From Nemertoderma westbladi (taxonomy: Eukaryota; Animalia; Xenacoelomorpha), in contig JAUCBJ010004059.1 in the NCBI GenBank assembly GCA_032718475.1, positions 11,013-75,012 of the forward strand: 64,000 bases of DNA. The letters are read 5' to 3'. The translations under genes were made by a program, and so were the position numbers. Each line of letters begins with the position of its first letter. Position 1 is the stretch's first letter. Below, one piece after another: positions 24,695 to 38,700 of this stretch. The notes below the pieces were generated by a model. It saw nothing but the letters and a program-made list of their open reading frames with translations. It did not search any database and was not told the DNA's origin.

Positions 24695-26402
24695 CTACTA
24701 CTACTAGGTCGAGCGAACTCGGACAGTGGAAATGAGATTCTTCCAGGCTTCCCGATTCTCCATAGTTGTCGCAATTTCGTTTCTCCCAAGTTCAGTATCC
24801 CTTTCAAGTTGATCTATATATGTTATGGCAGGTCGTCCACGACTACGCTTTCCATGAGTTGGTTGCCAGAGAAGTAGATCTGGTATGACCTCGTCTTTAC
24901 TTCGCCAGCAGTGCCCACTGAATCTTAATCTGCGTTCGCGGAGGGTGGTTGATACAGGTGGTATTGTACCATAAAGCTCGGCGTTTGTCATGTGTTGTCT
25001 CCAGCTGATGTTTAGGGCTGCCCTTAGTAGTCTTGTGTAGCAACCATCAATTCGTTGTTCAAGTGATTTAGTCAGTGTCCAGGTCTCACCCCCGTATAAA
25101 AATACACTTTCCACTGTGGCTCGAAAGAACTTGGTCTTCAGGTGCCTGGAGAGATCTGATTTCCAGATGGTATCCATTTTTGATAGAGCTACCCAAGCCT
25201 TTGCTTTCCTAACTTCTATGTCCTTTTTGCTACTCTCTATCCATGATCCAAGGTACTGGAAGTCATCGACCTTCCTTAGTTGATTATTATCAATGGTTGT
25301 CAAGTTTCCATCAACATTAAAGGTCATGAATTCGGTCTTGGTAGCATTTATATGCAATCCAACCTCCTTAGCAGCCCTCTCCACTTTATTTAGTAGAAGC
25401 TGTGCATCTGCTAGCGTATTAGAGAGCAGGGCGATGTCATCCGCAAAGTCAGTGTCTGTGACTGTAGTTGCCGGATATCTACTACTTCTGCGTTCTTGAA
25501 GTGTGAATCCCAGATCTTCACCCTTTGTGGCCGTCCTCATTGCGTAATCCAGCACAATTACAAATAGTAATGGTGCTAATGTGTCACCTTGCAGTACGCC
25601 AGCCAGGATTGAGAAAAACTCAGTTTCACCATCTGGTGAGAGTACCTGCGCTTCTGTGTCACAATATAGCAATCCAATGCCAGCAACAATTACTTCTGGT
25701 ATTCCATAAGCTCTTAGGATTTCAAGCATTTTACCTCTATGGATGGAGTCGAATGCCTTCTTGAAGTCCACAAAAGTCATGACTGCGGGGAGATTCTTTG
25801 ACTTAATTCCTTCAATCAGTCTCCGTAGTGCAAGTATCTGAGCTATTGTTGATCTACTTGGTCGAAATCCGTTTTGGCTCTTACGCAGTACTTTCTCTAT
25901 GTGAGGCCTAATCCTATATAGAATCATTTGATTGTATATTTTGGCAGCTACCACAAGCAGACAGATCCCACGATAGTTTGTTGGTATGCCGAGGTCTCCT
26001 TTCTTGGGGAGAGGCTTTAATTGACCTAAAAGTCCAAATTGGTGGTGGCTTTTCCCCTTTTAACATCCGGTTGCAAACATTCAATAATGGTCTATTTAGC
26101 ACTCCGGTTTTCCATACCTCCGCTGGGATTTCATCTAATCCACTCGCTTTATTATTGGACATGCTTTTAATGCTTCTTTGGAGTTCGGCAGGTGTGAAGT
26201 CCCCTGTTTCTATAGGTAGTGTCTTGTCATATATTTTCCTTGTAGGGCTGACCTCGATGTTTGGTGGCTGCCCAAGCAAGTTGCTGAAGTGATTTTTCCA
26301 CTTCCCAACACGTTCTTCAGGACTATCGGCTTTGAGGCGCCCCTTTGCACAACTTTTCCGACCAGATACCTCATTTACAGTATGTCAGAAAAAGTATGTC
26401 TC
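24695..26402 (-). mobile_element. 5'-truncated RTE-clade LINE
   Basis: RT ORF 24704-25954 (QNGFRP, DFKKAFDS, GVLQGD, FADD, YLGS, GRP) joined by a frameshift to 25914-26381 (KWKNHFSNLLG, KASGLDEIP). (TAG)n 3' tail at ~24695-24706. Candidate 11-bp TSD AAATAAATGTA at 24684-24694 and 26403-26413. Confidence 0.92.
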
Positions 26403-26479
26403 AAATAAATGTAGAGTGTCCCAAAAAACCCTTCTTTAAATATATTATAATATATTACAATTATTTTGGTGCGCGAAAA

Positions 26480-26720
26480 AATTGTTGGGATAGAAACAAT
26501 CGAATAAGGGGTAACAAGGTGCCCAGAATCGAGTGGCGGGGTGTGTTTGTTGTAAAAACACGTGGAAACGGTCGAAATGGCGGGTTTATTTAAGTAAGCG
26601 TGGGAAGCCAATTTAAAAATCGGCTGTGTTTGGCTGCTACAGATGTGACGTCATTACAAAATTATCCGATAATTTTTTATCTGGTTTCTATGGACAGCGA
26701 TTTTCGATCCATTTAAAATA
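26480..26720. repeat. Dispersed repeat fragment; inverted homolog at ~50770-50960
   Basis: aaaacacgtggaaacggtcgaaatggcgggtttattaagtaagcg here versus cgcttacttaaacccaccatttcgaccgtttcctcgtgtttt at ~50877-50920. Confidence 0.65.
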
Positions 26721-26830
26721 GGGTTTAAGAAATTCATGATACAGAAAGAAAAAAGTACCCATGAAACTTTTGAATATTTTGTGAAATATAATGGATTTTA
26801 AAATTTTTTTTTTAAATTGAACAATGTAGG

Positions 26831-29800
26831 GTCTAAAGCAGTCTAACTCTAAAATAAAATATGTAAAAACAGTCTAAAGCAGTCTAACTCTAAAATAAAA
26901 TATGTAAAAACAGTCTAAAGCAGTCTAACTCTAAAATAAAATATATAAAAACAGTCTAAAGCAGTCTAACTCTAAAATAAAATATATAAAAACAGTCTAA
27001 AGCAGTCTAACTCAAAACTAAAATATGTAAAAACAGTCTAAAGCAGTCTAACTCTAAAATAAAATATATAAAAACAGTCTAAAGCAGTCTAACTCTAAAA
27101 TAAAATATATAAAAACAGTCTAAAGCAGTCTAACTCTAAAATAAAATATATAAAAACAGTCTAAAGCAGTCTAACTCTAAAATAAAATATGTAAAAACAG
27201 TCTAAAGCAGTCTAACTCTAAAATAAAATATGTAAAAACAGTCTAAAGCAGTCTAACTCTAAAATAAAATATATAAAAACAGTCTAAAGCAGTCTAACTC
27301 TAAAATAAAATATGTAAAAACAGTCTAAAGCAGTCTAACTCTAAAATAAAATATGTAAAAACAGTCTAAAGCAGTCTAACTCTAAAATAAAATATATAAA
27401 AACAGTCTAAAGCAGGCTAACTCTAAAATAAAATATATAAAAACAGTCTAAAGCAGTCTAACTCTAAAATAAAATATATAAAAACAGTCTAAAGCAATCT
27501 AACTCTAAAATAAAATATATAAAAACAGTCTAAAGCAGTCTAACTCTAAAATAAAATATGTAAAAACAGTCTAAAGCAGTCTAACTCTAAAATAAAATAT
27601 GTAAAAACAGTCTAAAGCAGTCTAACTCTAAAATAAAATATGTAAAAACAGTCTAAAGCAGTCTAACTCTAAAATAAAATATGTAAAAACAGTCTAAAGC
27701 AGTCTAACTCTAAAATAAAATATGTAAAAACAGTCTAAAGCAGTCTAACTCTAAAATAAAATATGTAAAAACAGTCTAAAGCAGTCTAACTCTAAAATAA
27801 AATATATAAAAACAGTCTAAAGCAGTCTAACTCTAAAATAAAATATATAAAAACAGTCTAAAGCAGTCTAACTCTAAAATAAAATATATAAAAACAGTCT
27901 AAAGCAGTCTAACTCTAAAATAAAATATATAAAAACAGTCTAAAGCAGTCTAACTCTAAAATAAAATATATAAAAACAGTCTAAAGCAGTCTAACTCTAA
28001 AATAAAATATATAAAAACAGTCTAAAGCAGTCTAACTCTAAAATAAAATATATAAAAACAGTCTAAAGCAGTCTAACTCTAAAATAAAATATATAAAAAC
28101 AGTCTAAAGCAGTCTAACTCTAAAATAAAATATATAAAAACAGTCTAAAGCAGTCTAACTCTAAAATAAAATATGTAAAAACAGTCTAAAGCAGTCTAAC
28201 TCTAAAATAAAATATGTAAAAACAGTCTAAAGCAGTCTAACTCTAAAATAAAATATGTAAAAACAGTCTAAAGCAGTCTAACTCTAAAATAAAATATATA
28301 AAAACAGTCTAAAGCAGTCTAACTCTAAAATAAAATATATAAAAACAGTCTAAAGCAGTCTAACTCTAAAATAAAATATATAAAAACAGTCTAAAGCAGT
28401 CTAACTCTAAAATAAAATATATAAAAACAGTCTAAAGCAGTCTAACTCTAAAATAAAATATGTAAAAACAGTCTAAAGCAGTCTAACTCTAAAATAAAAT
28501 ATGTAAAAACAGTCTAAAGCAGTCTAACTCTAAAATAAAATATGTAAAAACAGTCTAAAGCAGTCTAACTCTAAAATAAAATATGTAAAAACAGTCTAAA
28601 GCAGTCTAACTCTAAAATAAAATATGTAAAAACAGTCTAAAGCAGTCTAACTCTAAAATAAAATATGTAAAAACAGTCTAAAGCAGTCTAACTCTAAAAT
28701 AAAATATGTAAAAACAGTCTAAAGCAGTCTAACTCTAAAATAAAATATATAAAAACAGTCTAAAGCAGTCTAACTCTAAAATAAAATATATAAAAACAGT
28801 CTAAAGCAGTCTAACTCTAAAATAAAATATATAAAAACAGTCTAAAGCAGTCTAACTCTAAAATAAAATATATAAAAACAGTCTAAAGCAGTCTAACTCT
28901 AAAATAAAATATATAAAAACAGTCTAAAGCAGTCTAACTCTAAAATAAAATATATAAAAACAGTCTAAAGCAGTCTAACTCTAAAATAAAATATATAAAA
29001 ACAGTCTAAAGCAGTCTAACTCTAAAATAAAATATATAAAAACAGTCTAAAGCAGTCTAACTCTAAAATAAAATATATAAAAACAGTCTAAAGCGGATAG
29101 TTCTTTTTACAGAACACAGCAGAACACAGTAGAACACAGCAGAACACAATAGAATAAAGGCGGAACATAGGCGAACACAGCTGTAATTAAAATCTACAGC
29201 AAAAAATAACACACTTGGGAAAGTACCGGACTTAATCATACAACTGTAAGATGTCAATTACATTATTTAAATTAAATGGCGGTTTTCCATATCCTCCAAA
29301 ATAAATTACCTGATCAGAGTTGCCCGATCAGCTGTTCGGTTAGGCCTGTACCTGTTACTAGTCCAGCAGTCTGCCTGTTCCAATACTGCAGTAGGCCTAG
29401 TGCTGTAGAGACATGTACAGACTGACAGACTGTACATTGTACAGGCAGACAGATGTAGGCATTTACCGGCAATTACCGGGCACAGTGTAGAGTATATTAC
29501 CAATGTACTGATATAGGCCTATTCAGCTACCGGTACTGTACTGCTGTAGAACTAACCAACTCTCCATGGTTACAGGATAGTGAGAAGTAATTTATTTTGG
29601 AGGATATGGAAAACCGCCATTTAATTTAAATATGTAATTGACATCTTACAGTTGTATGATTAAATCCGGTACTTTCCCAAGTCTGTTATTTTTTGGTGTA
29701 GATTTTAATTACAGCTGTGTTCGCCTATGTTCCGCCTGTATTCTATTGTGTTCTGCTGTGTTCTACTGTGTTCTGCTGTGTTCTGTAAAAAGATATATCC

Positions 29801-31486
29801 GTCTAAAGCAGTCTAACTCTAAAATAAAATATATAAAAACAGTCTAAAGCAGTCTAACTCTAAAATAAAATATATAAAAACAGTCTAAAGCAGTCTAACT
29901 CTAAAATAAAATATATAAAAACAGTCTAAAGCAGTCTAACTCTAAAATAAAATATATAAAAACAGTCTAAAGCAGTCTAACTCTAAAATAAAATATATAA
30001 AACTGTCTAACTCTAAAATAAAATATGTAAAACTGTCTAACTCTAAAATAAAATATGTAAAACTGTCTAACTCTAAAATAAAATATATAAAACTGTCTAA
30101 CTCTAAAATAAAATGTGTAAAACTGTCTAACTCTAAAATAAAATATATAAAAACAGTCTAACGCAGTCTAACTCTAAAATAAAATATATAAAAACAGTCT
30201 AAAGCAGTCTAACTCTAAAATAAAATATATAAAAACAGTCTAAAGCAGTCTAACTCTAAAATAAAATATATAAAAACAGTCTAAAGCAGTCTAACTCTAA
30301 AATAAAATATATAAAAACAGTCTAAAGCAGTCTAACTCTAAAATAAAATATATAAAAACAGTCTAAAGCAGTAACTCTAAAATAAAATATATAAAAACAG
30401 TCTAAAGCAGTCTAACTCTAAAATAAAATATATAAAACTGTCTAACTCTAAAATAAAATATGTAAAACTGTCTAACTCTAAAATAAAATATGTAAAACTG
30501 TCTAACTCTAAAATAAAATATATAAAACTGTCTAACTCTAAAATAAAATATGTAAAACTGTCTAACTCTAAAATAAAATATATAAAAACAGTCTAAAGCA
30601 GTCTAACTCTAAAATAAAATATATAAAACTGTCTAACTCTAAAATAAAATATGTAAAACTGTCTAACTCTAAAATAAAATATGTAAAACTGTCTAACTCT
30701 AAAATAAAATATATAAAGCAGTCTAACTCTAAAATAAAATATATAAAAACAGTCTAAAGCAGTCTAACTCTAAAATAAAATATATAAAAACAGTCTAAAG
30801 CAGTCTAACTCTAAAATAAAATATATAAAACTGTCTAACTCTAAAATAAAATATGTAAAACTGTCTAACTCTAAAATAAAATATGTAAAACTGTCTAACT
30901 CTAAAATAAAATATGTAAAACTGTCTAACTCTAAAATAAAATATATAAAACTGTCTAACTCTAAAATAAAATATGTAAAACTGTCTAACTCTAAAATAAA
31001 ATATATAAAAACAGTCTAAAGCAGTCTAACTCTAAAATAAAATATATAAAACTGTCTAACTCTAAAATAAAATATGTAAAACTGTCTAACTCTAAAATAA
31101 AATATGTAAAACTGTCTAACTCTAAAATAAAATATATAAAGCAGTCTAACTCCAAAATAAAATATATAAAAACAGTCTAAAGCAGTCTAACTCTAAAATA
31201 AAATATATAAAAACAGTCTAAAGCAGTCTAACTCTAAAATAAAATATATAAAACTGTCTAACTCTAAAATAAAATATGTAAAACTGTCTAACTCTAAAAT
31301 AAAATATGTAAAACTGTCTAACTCTAAAATAAAATATATAAAGCAGTCTAACACTAAAATAAAATATATAAAAACAGTCTAAAGCAGTCTAACTCTAAAA
31401 TAAAATATATAAAAACAGTCTAAAGCAGTCTAACTCTAAAATAAAATATATAAAACTGTCTAACTCTAAAATAAAATATGTAAAAC
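26831..31486. repeat. AT-rich satellite: 41-bp unit (AACAGTCTAAAGCAGTCTAACTCTAAAATAAAATAT(A/G)TAAA) with a derived 30-bp unit to the right, interrupted by a MITE
   Basis: Period 41 (26881 to 26922). The 30-bp AACTGTCTAACTCTAAAATAAAATAT(A/G)TAA units start at ~30000. Confidence 0.96.
29095..29800. mobile_element. Mutator (MULE)-like non-autonomous element with ~215-bp TIRs
   Basis: GGATAGTTCTTTTTACAGAACAC... / ...GTGTTCTGTAAAAAGATATATCC. Arms 29095-~29309 and ~29587-29800. 9-bp TSD GTCTAAAGC at 29086-29094 and 29801-29809. Confidence 0.85.
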
Positions 31487-33140
31487 TTAGCGTAGGCGTA
31501 GTTTACATAGCGTAGGCTAAATAAGGATGGACAAGAGCGAAATACAAGGTACGAAGGATATTTAGGGGGAAAATATATCGTAATTTATAAAATATACCAG
31601 ATACCCTAGACAATTTTTTTAGAAGAAAGGAAATATGTGTGTCCCATTTTAATTTATTATCGATATTTAGTCCCAGGTATTTGACAGATTTCACTTCTTG
31701 TAGTATGTTGTCTTTAAATTTTACATGTGGCACGGGGCCTAGATTTGTTCTATTTGTGTAAATTGTATATTCTGTTTTTTTTAGGTTGATTGATAGCTTA
31801 TTATCTTGTAGCCATTTTGAAATTTTATCGCGTTCAAGGTTAAAACCACTTACAAAAATACTACCAGCATCTTTAGAAAATTGTAAGAGGCTAGTGTCAT
31901 CTGCAAATAATGTTGTATATAAGTTAGTTGCATTAGGGAGGTCATTTATATAAATTAAAAACAAAACCGGACCCAAAATACTGCCCTGGGGGACCCCACA
32001 GACAATTAATAGGACAGGGATCAGATAACGTATTCCCCAATGAGACTGCCTGCACTCTATTTTGGAGATAATCTCTGAAAAAATGTAGCGGTATCCCTCT
32101 AATTCCGTATCCGCTCATTTTATTTATTAAAATTTTGTGGTCCAGACAGTCAAAAGCCTTCTTAAGGTCTAGGAACACTACACACGCATCCAGTGCTTCC
32201 AGTATCTATTATCGTCCAGTGCTTCGCGTATTCTTTCAACAATATTTAATATCGCTTGGCTGGTAGTAATTTTTTTTACGAAAACCAAATTGATTTTTGT
32301 TAAAAATTAAAAAATTATCTAGGTATGACTGCAGTTGAGAATTCACAATTTTCTCTAGTATTTTACTGAATACGGGAAGGACGCTGATTGGGCGATAATT
32401 AGATGTATCCATGGGGTCACCTCCTTTATATATGGGGAATACTTTAGCACATTTTAAAATGTCAGGAAAAAATCCTCTAGATACTGTATACTCAAGTTGA
32501 AGAGGTGATTTAAGTGTATCGAGAGGGGCCGCAAGTTTTATTAATTTAATTGGGAACGTATCATTAATTGCAGATGAGTCATTGAGTTGTAACAGAAGAT
32601 ATTCGACCTCAACCGGCGAGGTGTCGATTAATTGAAAGGACTGATGGTGCTTATTTTGAATAAATCTAGTATGGGACCTATTAGAGGGAACTATATTGTC
32701 AGCTAAATGTTTACCTATCGTTGAAAAAAACTCACTGAACTCCATAGCGATTTCACTTTCAGTTTCTAAAAATATAGGTTTCGATGTAATACAATTTCAT
32801 TTTAATTTGTTGGGAATTTTGGTCTTCCTATTGCGACTCAGCGCACCATTTATAGTCTGCCGTGTTTCGTGTTCGATTTATTTTCTTTAAACTGATTGAC
32901 ATAGAAATTTTTTTCAGCTTTCCTGTATAATTTTGTGCATATGTTTCTGTATGTTTTTTATTTATTTAGATTCTCATCCGTGGGTTTTGAGATATACCGA
33001 GCATACAGCTTATTTTTTTTTATAGAACATTTTATTAAAAAATGAGTTATCCACGGACGACGCGAGGTGTATTTCTTTGTCTGAATTTTTTTTGGCAGAT
33101 GATTTTCACATGTTTTCAAATTTATTATAGAAATTTTTAA
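31487..33140 (-). mobile_element. Degenerate L2/CR1-group LINE RT fragment
   Basis: Frameshifted ORFs with NYRPISVLP, QFGFR, DLKKAFD, FADD, KYLG. Confidence 0.9.
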
Positions 33141-33262
33141 ATTTGTCCTTGTCTTCTACAACCGGTAGGTAGGTAATGCAGTAGCCTACTGGCTGTCAGG
33201 CAATTAATAATGAATACCAAACTATTGTTTATGTGGTAACCATGGCGGCGTGACTTTACATC

Positions 33263-35027
33263 GCTGGTGTATGTATACTAACCTCGCGAACATTATACTA
33301 CCGAGGGCCCCCGCCAAGGTGCAATAGAAACCAACCCAGCCCGCGGTCTGCTGGTGTATGTATACTAACCTCGCGAACATTATACTACCGAGGGCCCCCG
33401 CCAAGGTGCAATAGAAACCAACCCAGCCCGCGGTCTGCTGGTGTATGTATACTAACCTCGCGAACATTATACTACCGAGGGCCCCCACCAAGGTGCAATA
33501 GAAACCAACCCAGCCCGCGGTCTGCTGGTGTATGTATACTAACCTCGCGAACATTATACTACCGAGGGCCCCCGCCAAGGTGCAATAGAAACCAACCCAG
33601 CCCGCGGTCTGCTGGTGTATGTATACTAACCTCGCGAACATTATACTACCGAGGGACCCCGCCAAGGTGCAATAGAAACCAACCCAGCCCGCGGTCTGCT
33701 GGTGTATGTATACTAACCTAGCGAACATTATACTACCGAGGGACCCCGCCAAGGTGCAATAGAAACCAACCCAGCCCGCGGTCTGCTGGTGTATGTATAC
33801 TAACCTCGCGAACATTATACTACCGAGGGACCCCGCCAAGGTGCAATAGAAACCAACCCAGCCCGCGGTCTGCTGGTGTATGTATACTAACCTCGCGAAC
33901 ATTATACTACCGAGGGACCCCGCCAAGGTGCAATAGAAACCAACCCAGCCCGCGGTCTGCTGGTGTATGTATACTAACCTCGCGAACATTATACTACCGA
34001 GGGACCCCGCCAAGGTGCAATAGAAACCAACCCAGCCCGCGGTCTGCTGGTGTATGTATACTAACCTCGCGAACATTATACTACCGAGGGCCCCCGCCAA
34101 GGTGCAATAGAAACCAACCCAGCCCGCGGTCTGCTGGTGTATGTATGTATACTAACCTCGCGAACATTATACTACCGAGGGCCCCCGCCAAGGTGCAATA
34201 GAAACCAACCCAGTCCGCGGTCTGCTGGTGTATGTATGTATACTAACCTCGCGAACATTATACTACCGAGGGCCCCCGCCAAGGTGCAATAGAAACCAAC
34301 CCAGTCCGCGGTCTGCTGGTGTATGTATGTATACTAACCTCGCGAACATTATACTACCGAGGGCCCCCGCCAAGGTGCAATAGAAACCAACCCAGCCCGC
34401 GGTCTGCTGGTGTATGTATACTAACCTCGCGAACATTATACTACCGAGGGCCCCCGCCAAGGTGCAATAGAAACCAACCCAGCCCGCGGTCTGCTGGTGT
34501 ATGTATACTAACCTCGCGAACATTATACTACCGAGGGACCCCGCCAAGGTGCAATAGAAACCAACCCAGCCCGCGGTCTGCTGGTGTATGTATACTAACC
34601 TCGCGAACATTATACTACCGAGGGCCCCCGCCAAGGTGCAATAGAAACCAACCCAGCCCGCGGTCTGCTGGTGTATGTATGTATACTAACCTCGCGAACA
34701 TTATACTACCGAGGGCCCCCGCCAAGGTGCAATAGAAACCAACCCAGCCCGCGGTCTGCTGGTGTATGTATACTAACCTCGCGAACATTATACTACCGAG
34801 GCCCCCGCCAAGGTGCAATAGAAACCAACCCAGCCCGCGGTCTGCTGGTGTATGTATACTAACCTCGCGAACATTATACTACCGAGGGCCCCCGCCAAGG
34901 TGCAATAGAAACCAACCCAGCCCGCGGTCTGCTGGTGTATGTATACTAACCTCGCGAACATTATACTACCGAGGGCCCCCGCCAAGGTGCAATAGAAACC
35001 AACCCAGCCCGCGGTCTGCTGGTGTAT
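33263..35027. repeat. 87-bp GC-balanced minisatellite, ~20 copies
   Basis: Unit gctggtgtatgtatactaacctcgcgaacattatactaccgagggcccccgccaaggtgcaatagaaaccaacccagcccgcggtct; a few units have a +4 (tatg) insertion. Confidence 0.96.
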
Positions 35028-35799
35028 ATTGATGTTCTCCAAATCGACGCCAAGAACTGAGAGATATGACGTCATAAACCCAGAGTATAACGAGTAAACA
35101 AGTGAAACTTTCCAGAAGTTTCTCGATCTAAAATAGAAACACCGATGAGCCAAAATAATTTACGCCAAATTAAATTACTGTGAGTTGCAAAAAGTATAGC
35201 AAAAATTAAAAAAGTAGAAGATTTTTCGTATTCCCACGGTATTATATTTACCAAGTGATGTTAGTACAGACTCGAGAGAATAGAGAAAAAAATACAGTAA
35301 ATATAAAGATAAACGAGTCAGGAACTTGAACTGAAACTAAAATTGACCCGTAAGGTCCTCCGTCTTTATCAGAAATATTGCAAAAAAACGTATGTTTGTA
35401 ATTTTAATCATTCTACTTTCGCGTCTACTTTCGCGTTTATCTTTGCTAAATGTTAAAAATGGATGTCAACTCACTGAAAAGTATAGAGAACTAATGTTCT
35501 TTTTTGTAATATAAAGTAATTTAATTCTAAATTTTTTACCTTTCCATGGTTCATTCTTTAATACAAAATATTAGAAATTATGTTTTTTAATTAATTTAAT
35601 TATAGTATTTTACTATATTGCTTCCATAGTTACTGCGATTCAAATTATCGTACTATACAACTCCTGATGATGCCTCACTCAATGTTAAATAATTTAGTGA
35701 ATACTCGAATGTATAGTAGTGGAGACTAGAGATACGCTCAACTACTTAACCCAATATTGGATATTGAGTTCTGTCTTGGAGTTCGCCTTGCAGACTATA

Positions 35800-38700
35800 A
35801 AATTATAATATAATTATAATTTTCGATGTGGTCAAAACCCGATGATTCGATTTACAGCTTATCAGGAACTCACCTGACAATTTTAATAATTCCGAGTTTG
35901 AATTCGGTTCTGGTGGACGACGCCGAAGCGGTGGGCGGTTTGGGTGGCTTCGCGGGGAAGTAAAGCAAGACGAGTATAAAAAGTACGACACAGGCGCCAA
36001 ATTCTAAAGAAATTAAAACAAATATAATGAAAAGAAAGCGTACAGAGAAATTCAACAATTGTTGCTCAGATTAGGCTGAATTTAATGAAGTGCTCATAGT
36101 GTACAGTATACTGCAATTTAAGTAGTACCGAGGTGGATCATTTCAAACACAGGACGTTATGTCTTGAAAAATAAATGGGGTTATCGCATGGCGTATGTTG
36201 GAATAGAGTTATGTTATCAGAGATTTAAATATAATTTAGAATATGTCGTTTATATGACTTTGAGAATGAGTTTTTAGAGTTTTTGATCTTGATTTCAGAG
36301 GGAACCGAGTTCCAGATGGTTGGGCCCTGATAACGGATAGAGCATTGGGAGGAATCTAATCTAACTAAAGGGACGATGAAGCCAAAAGGGACAGCCAAGC
36401 GGGTAGAATATCCATGAGAGATTTTTTTTAAATAATTTACCGATGGGGGAGGTTGGAAGAATAGTGTTATTATTTGCGTCGTACATAAGTAAGGCGGTTT
36501 GATGTTTGTATAGAAGGTCAATGGGTAAAATAGATAACGATTTGTAAATAGGGTAGGATGATGAACGGCTGTGAGAAAATGTAATACAACGAATTATTTT
36601 ATTAATTTTGGTACGTAGGGGTTTAAGCGTAGAATGGGTTTTTCCCCAAATGAAGATACCATATAATAGATAGGGGTGGATAAGGGAAAAATATAGTTGG
36701 CGTAAGATATTTAATGGAAAAATGTATCTGAGTTTAGAGAATAAACCACCGGTTTTGGAGATTTTATAAATTATTGAATTAATATGTGACTTCCAGCAAA
36801 GTTTATTATCAACCGAAATACCTAAAAATATTGTTGAGATTTTAAAATCGATAGGAGTATTATTTATTTGAATTTTAAGATCTGTGGGGTTAAAACGTTT
36901 GTTAGAAAGGATAGTATATTCAGTTTTGGTTAGATTTAAGGAGAGTTTGTTATCAGACAACCAATCAGAAAGGGTGTTGAGTTCAGAGTTAACATTGTCG
37001 CTTAGTAGAGGTAAGTTCGAACAAGTGGCGTATAGAGTAGTGTCATCGGCAAAGAGCGTAGTGAAAAGTCGGGTAGCGTTTGGGAGGTCGTTAATGTAAA
37101 GGAGGAATAGGAGGGGGGACAAGGTGGCGCCTTGAGGTACGCCGGTGTTTAGAGGAAGGTAGGATGATGTATTATTTCCAATAGAAACGCATTGGGAGCG
37201 AGCAGAGAGATAGCTGGAAAATAATTGTAGAGGTAGGCAGCGGATACCATAGCAGGAGAGTTTTTGGAGAAGTATATCGTGGTTAATTGTGTCGAACGCT
37301 TTTTTTAGATCAATATATATTACACAGGAATAATTTTTATTGTCGAGGTACTGGTGTAAATTTTCAATGACGGATAGCAGGGCATGAGAGGCGGAAACCA
37401 GGAAACTTGGGGCGGAAACCATATTGGCAGGATGAAAGGATCGATAATTTATGTATGTAGGAGAGAAGCTGCGAGTTAATTAATTGTTCAAAAATTTTAC
37501 TAAGAATTGGCAAGAGAGAGATGGGACGGTAATTATTTCGATCGCAGTGTTCACCTGATTTAAAAACTGGGATAACTTTGGCGTTTTTTAAAGTGTCCGG
37601 GAAAAAACCGTGGGAAATAGATATATTAAAGAGATAACTTAGGATATCAGATAATTGCTTAGCAGCTAGAATAAATAAGCGAGTTGGAAAAGGGTCATTG
37701 GAGGCAGTGTGTGGGTCTAGTTGTAGTAGTTTATATTCAACTTCAATAGGACAGGTTTCGATTAACGAGAAAGAATTGCGATGTGGGGTTTATGTGGCGA
37801 GTTGGTCTGCGTGGTGAAGAGGGAATTGTACTAGCTACAGTAGTGATTGGCCAATAGTGGAAAAGTGTTGATTGAATAGATCTGTTATAGAAGTTGGGTC
37901 AGTAATTGTTTCAGTAGAAAGATCAGTTTTAACAGTGAGTTTAGTTGGGAATTTGGAGGAGTTGTTTCTATTTAGCGCCGAATTTATTATAATCCACGTT
38001 TTTTTAATGTTACCGGCATTTTCTTGGAACTGTCTGGTGTAGTATTTTTTCTCAGCTGTGCGGAGAATAGAGGTTAATTTATTTCTGTAAACTGTAAAAT
38101 TCTTGTGATTGCTGGAAGTGGGATTTTTAATGTGATGTTTTAATGTTAATGTTAGTGAATATATGGTCGATTAGTGTTTCAGAGTGATTGGTGCGGTTGG
38201 ATAATTCAGAATGAAAAATTCGAGTGGGTTTGTTAATCAGTTGTACGAAGCCGTACGAAGACATTAGGTCGACATAGGAAGAGGAATCAGTGTTCGGTTT
38301 AAGTAAGTTAATATTCATGTCCCCGGTTATAATAATGTCAAGGTTATTTTTTGTAAATTTAGAAAGTGTAGAGTCAAGTAAGGATAGAAAGTCAGCGTGA
38401 ACAATGGTGTCAGGGCGATATATTGTACCAATTATAAGAGGTTTGGAATTACGGGGACGGTTAATTTTAACCAAAGTGCTGTCGAGCCCAGCCATCTGAA
38501 TATCTGGATAATCGCTGATTTCAAGATTATTTGATACAAAAATAGCAGTACCACCTCGGTTTAATTTTATTCCATACGAACGATTGGTTAAAATTGGGTC
38601 TTGGTATCCAGCAATTTTGATGAGTTCAAGCAGAGAGTGGTCGGCTGTAAGGAAAGTTTCAGAAAAAGTTAGTACATCAAATTTTAATTTCAGAGATAAA

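Noticed and set aside
33222-35153. Repeat membrane protein ORFs (LAGALGSIMFARLV...)
   Set aside because: 87-bp minisatellite; frameshifting +4 and -2 units show no coding constraint.
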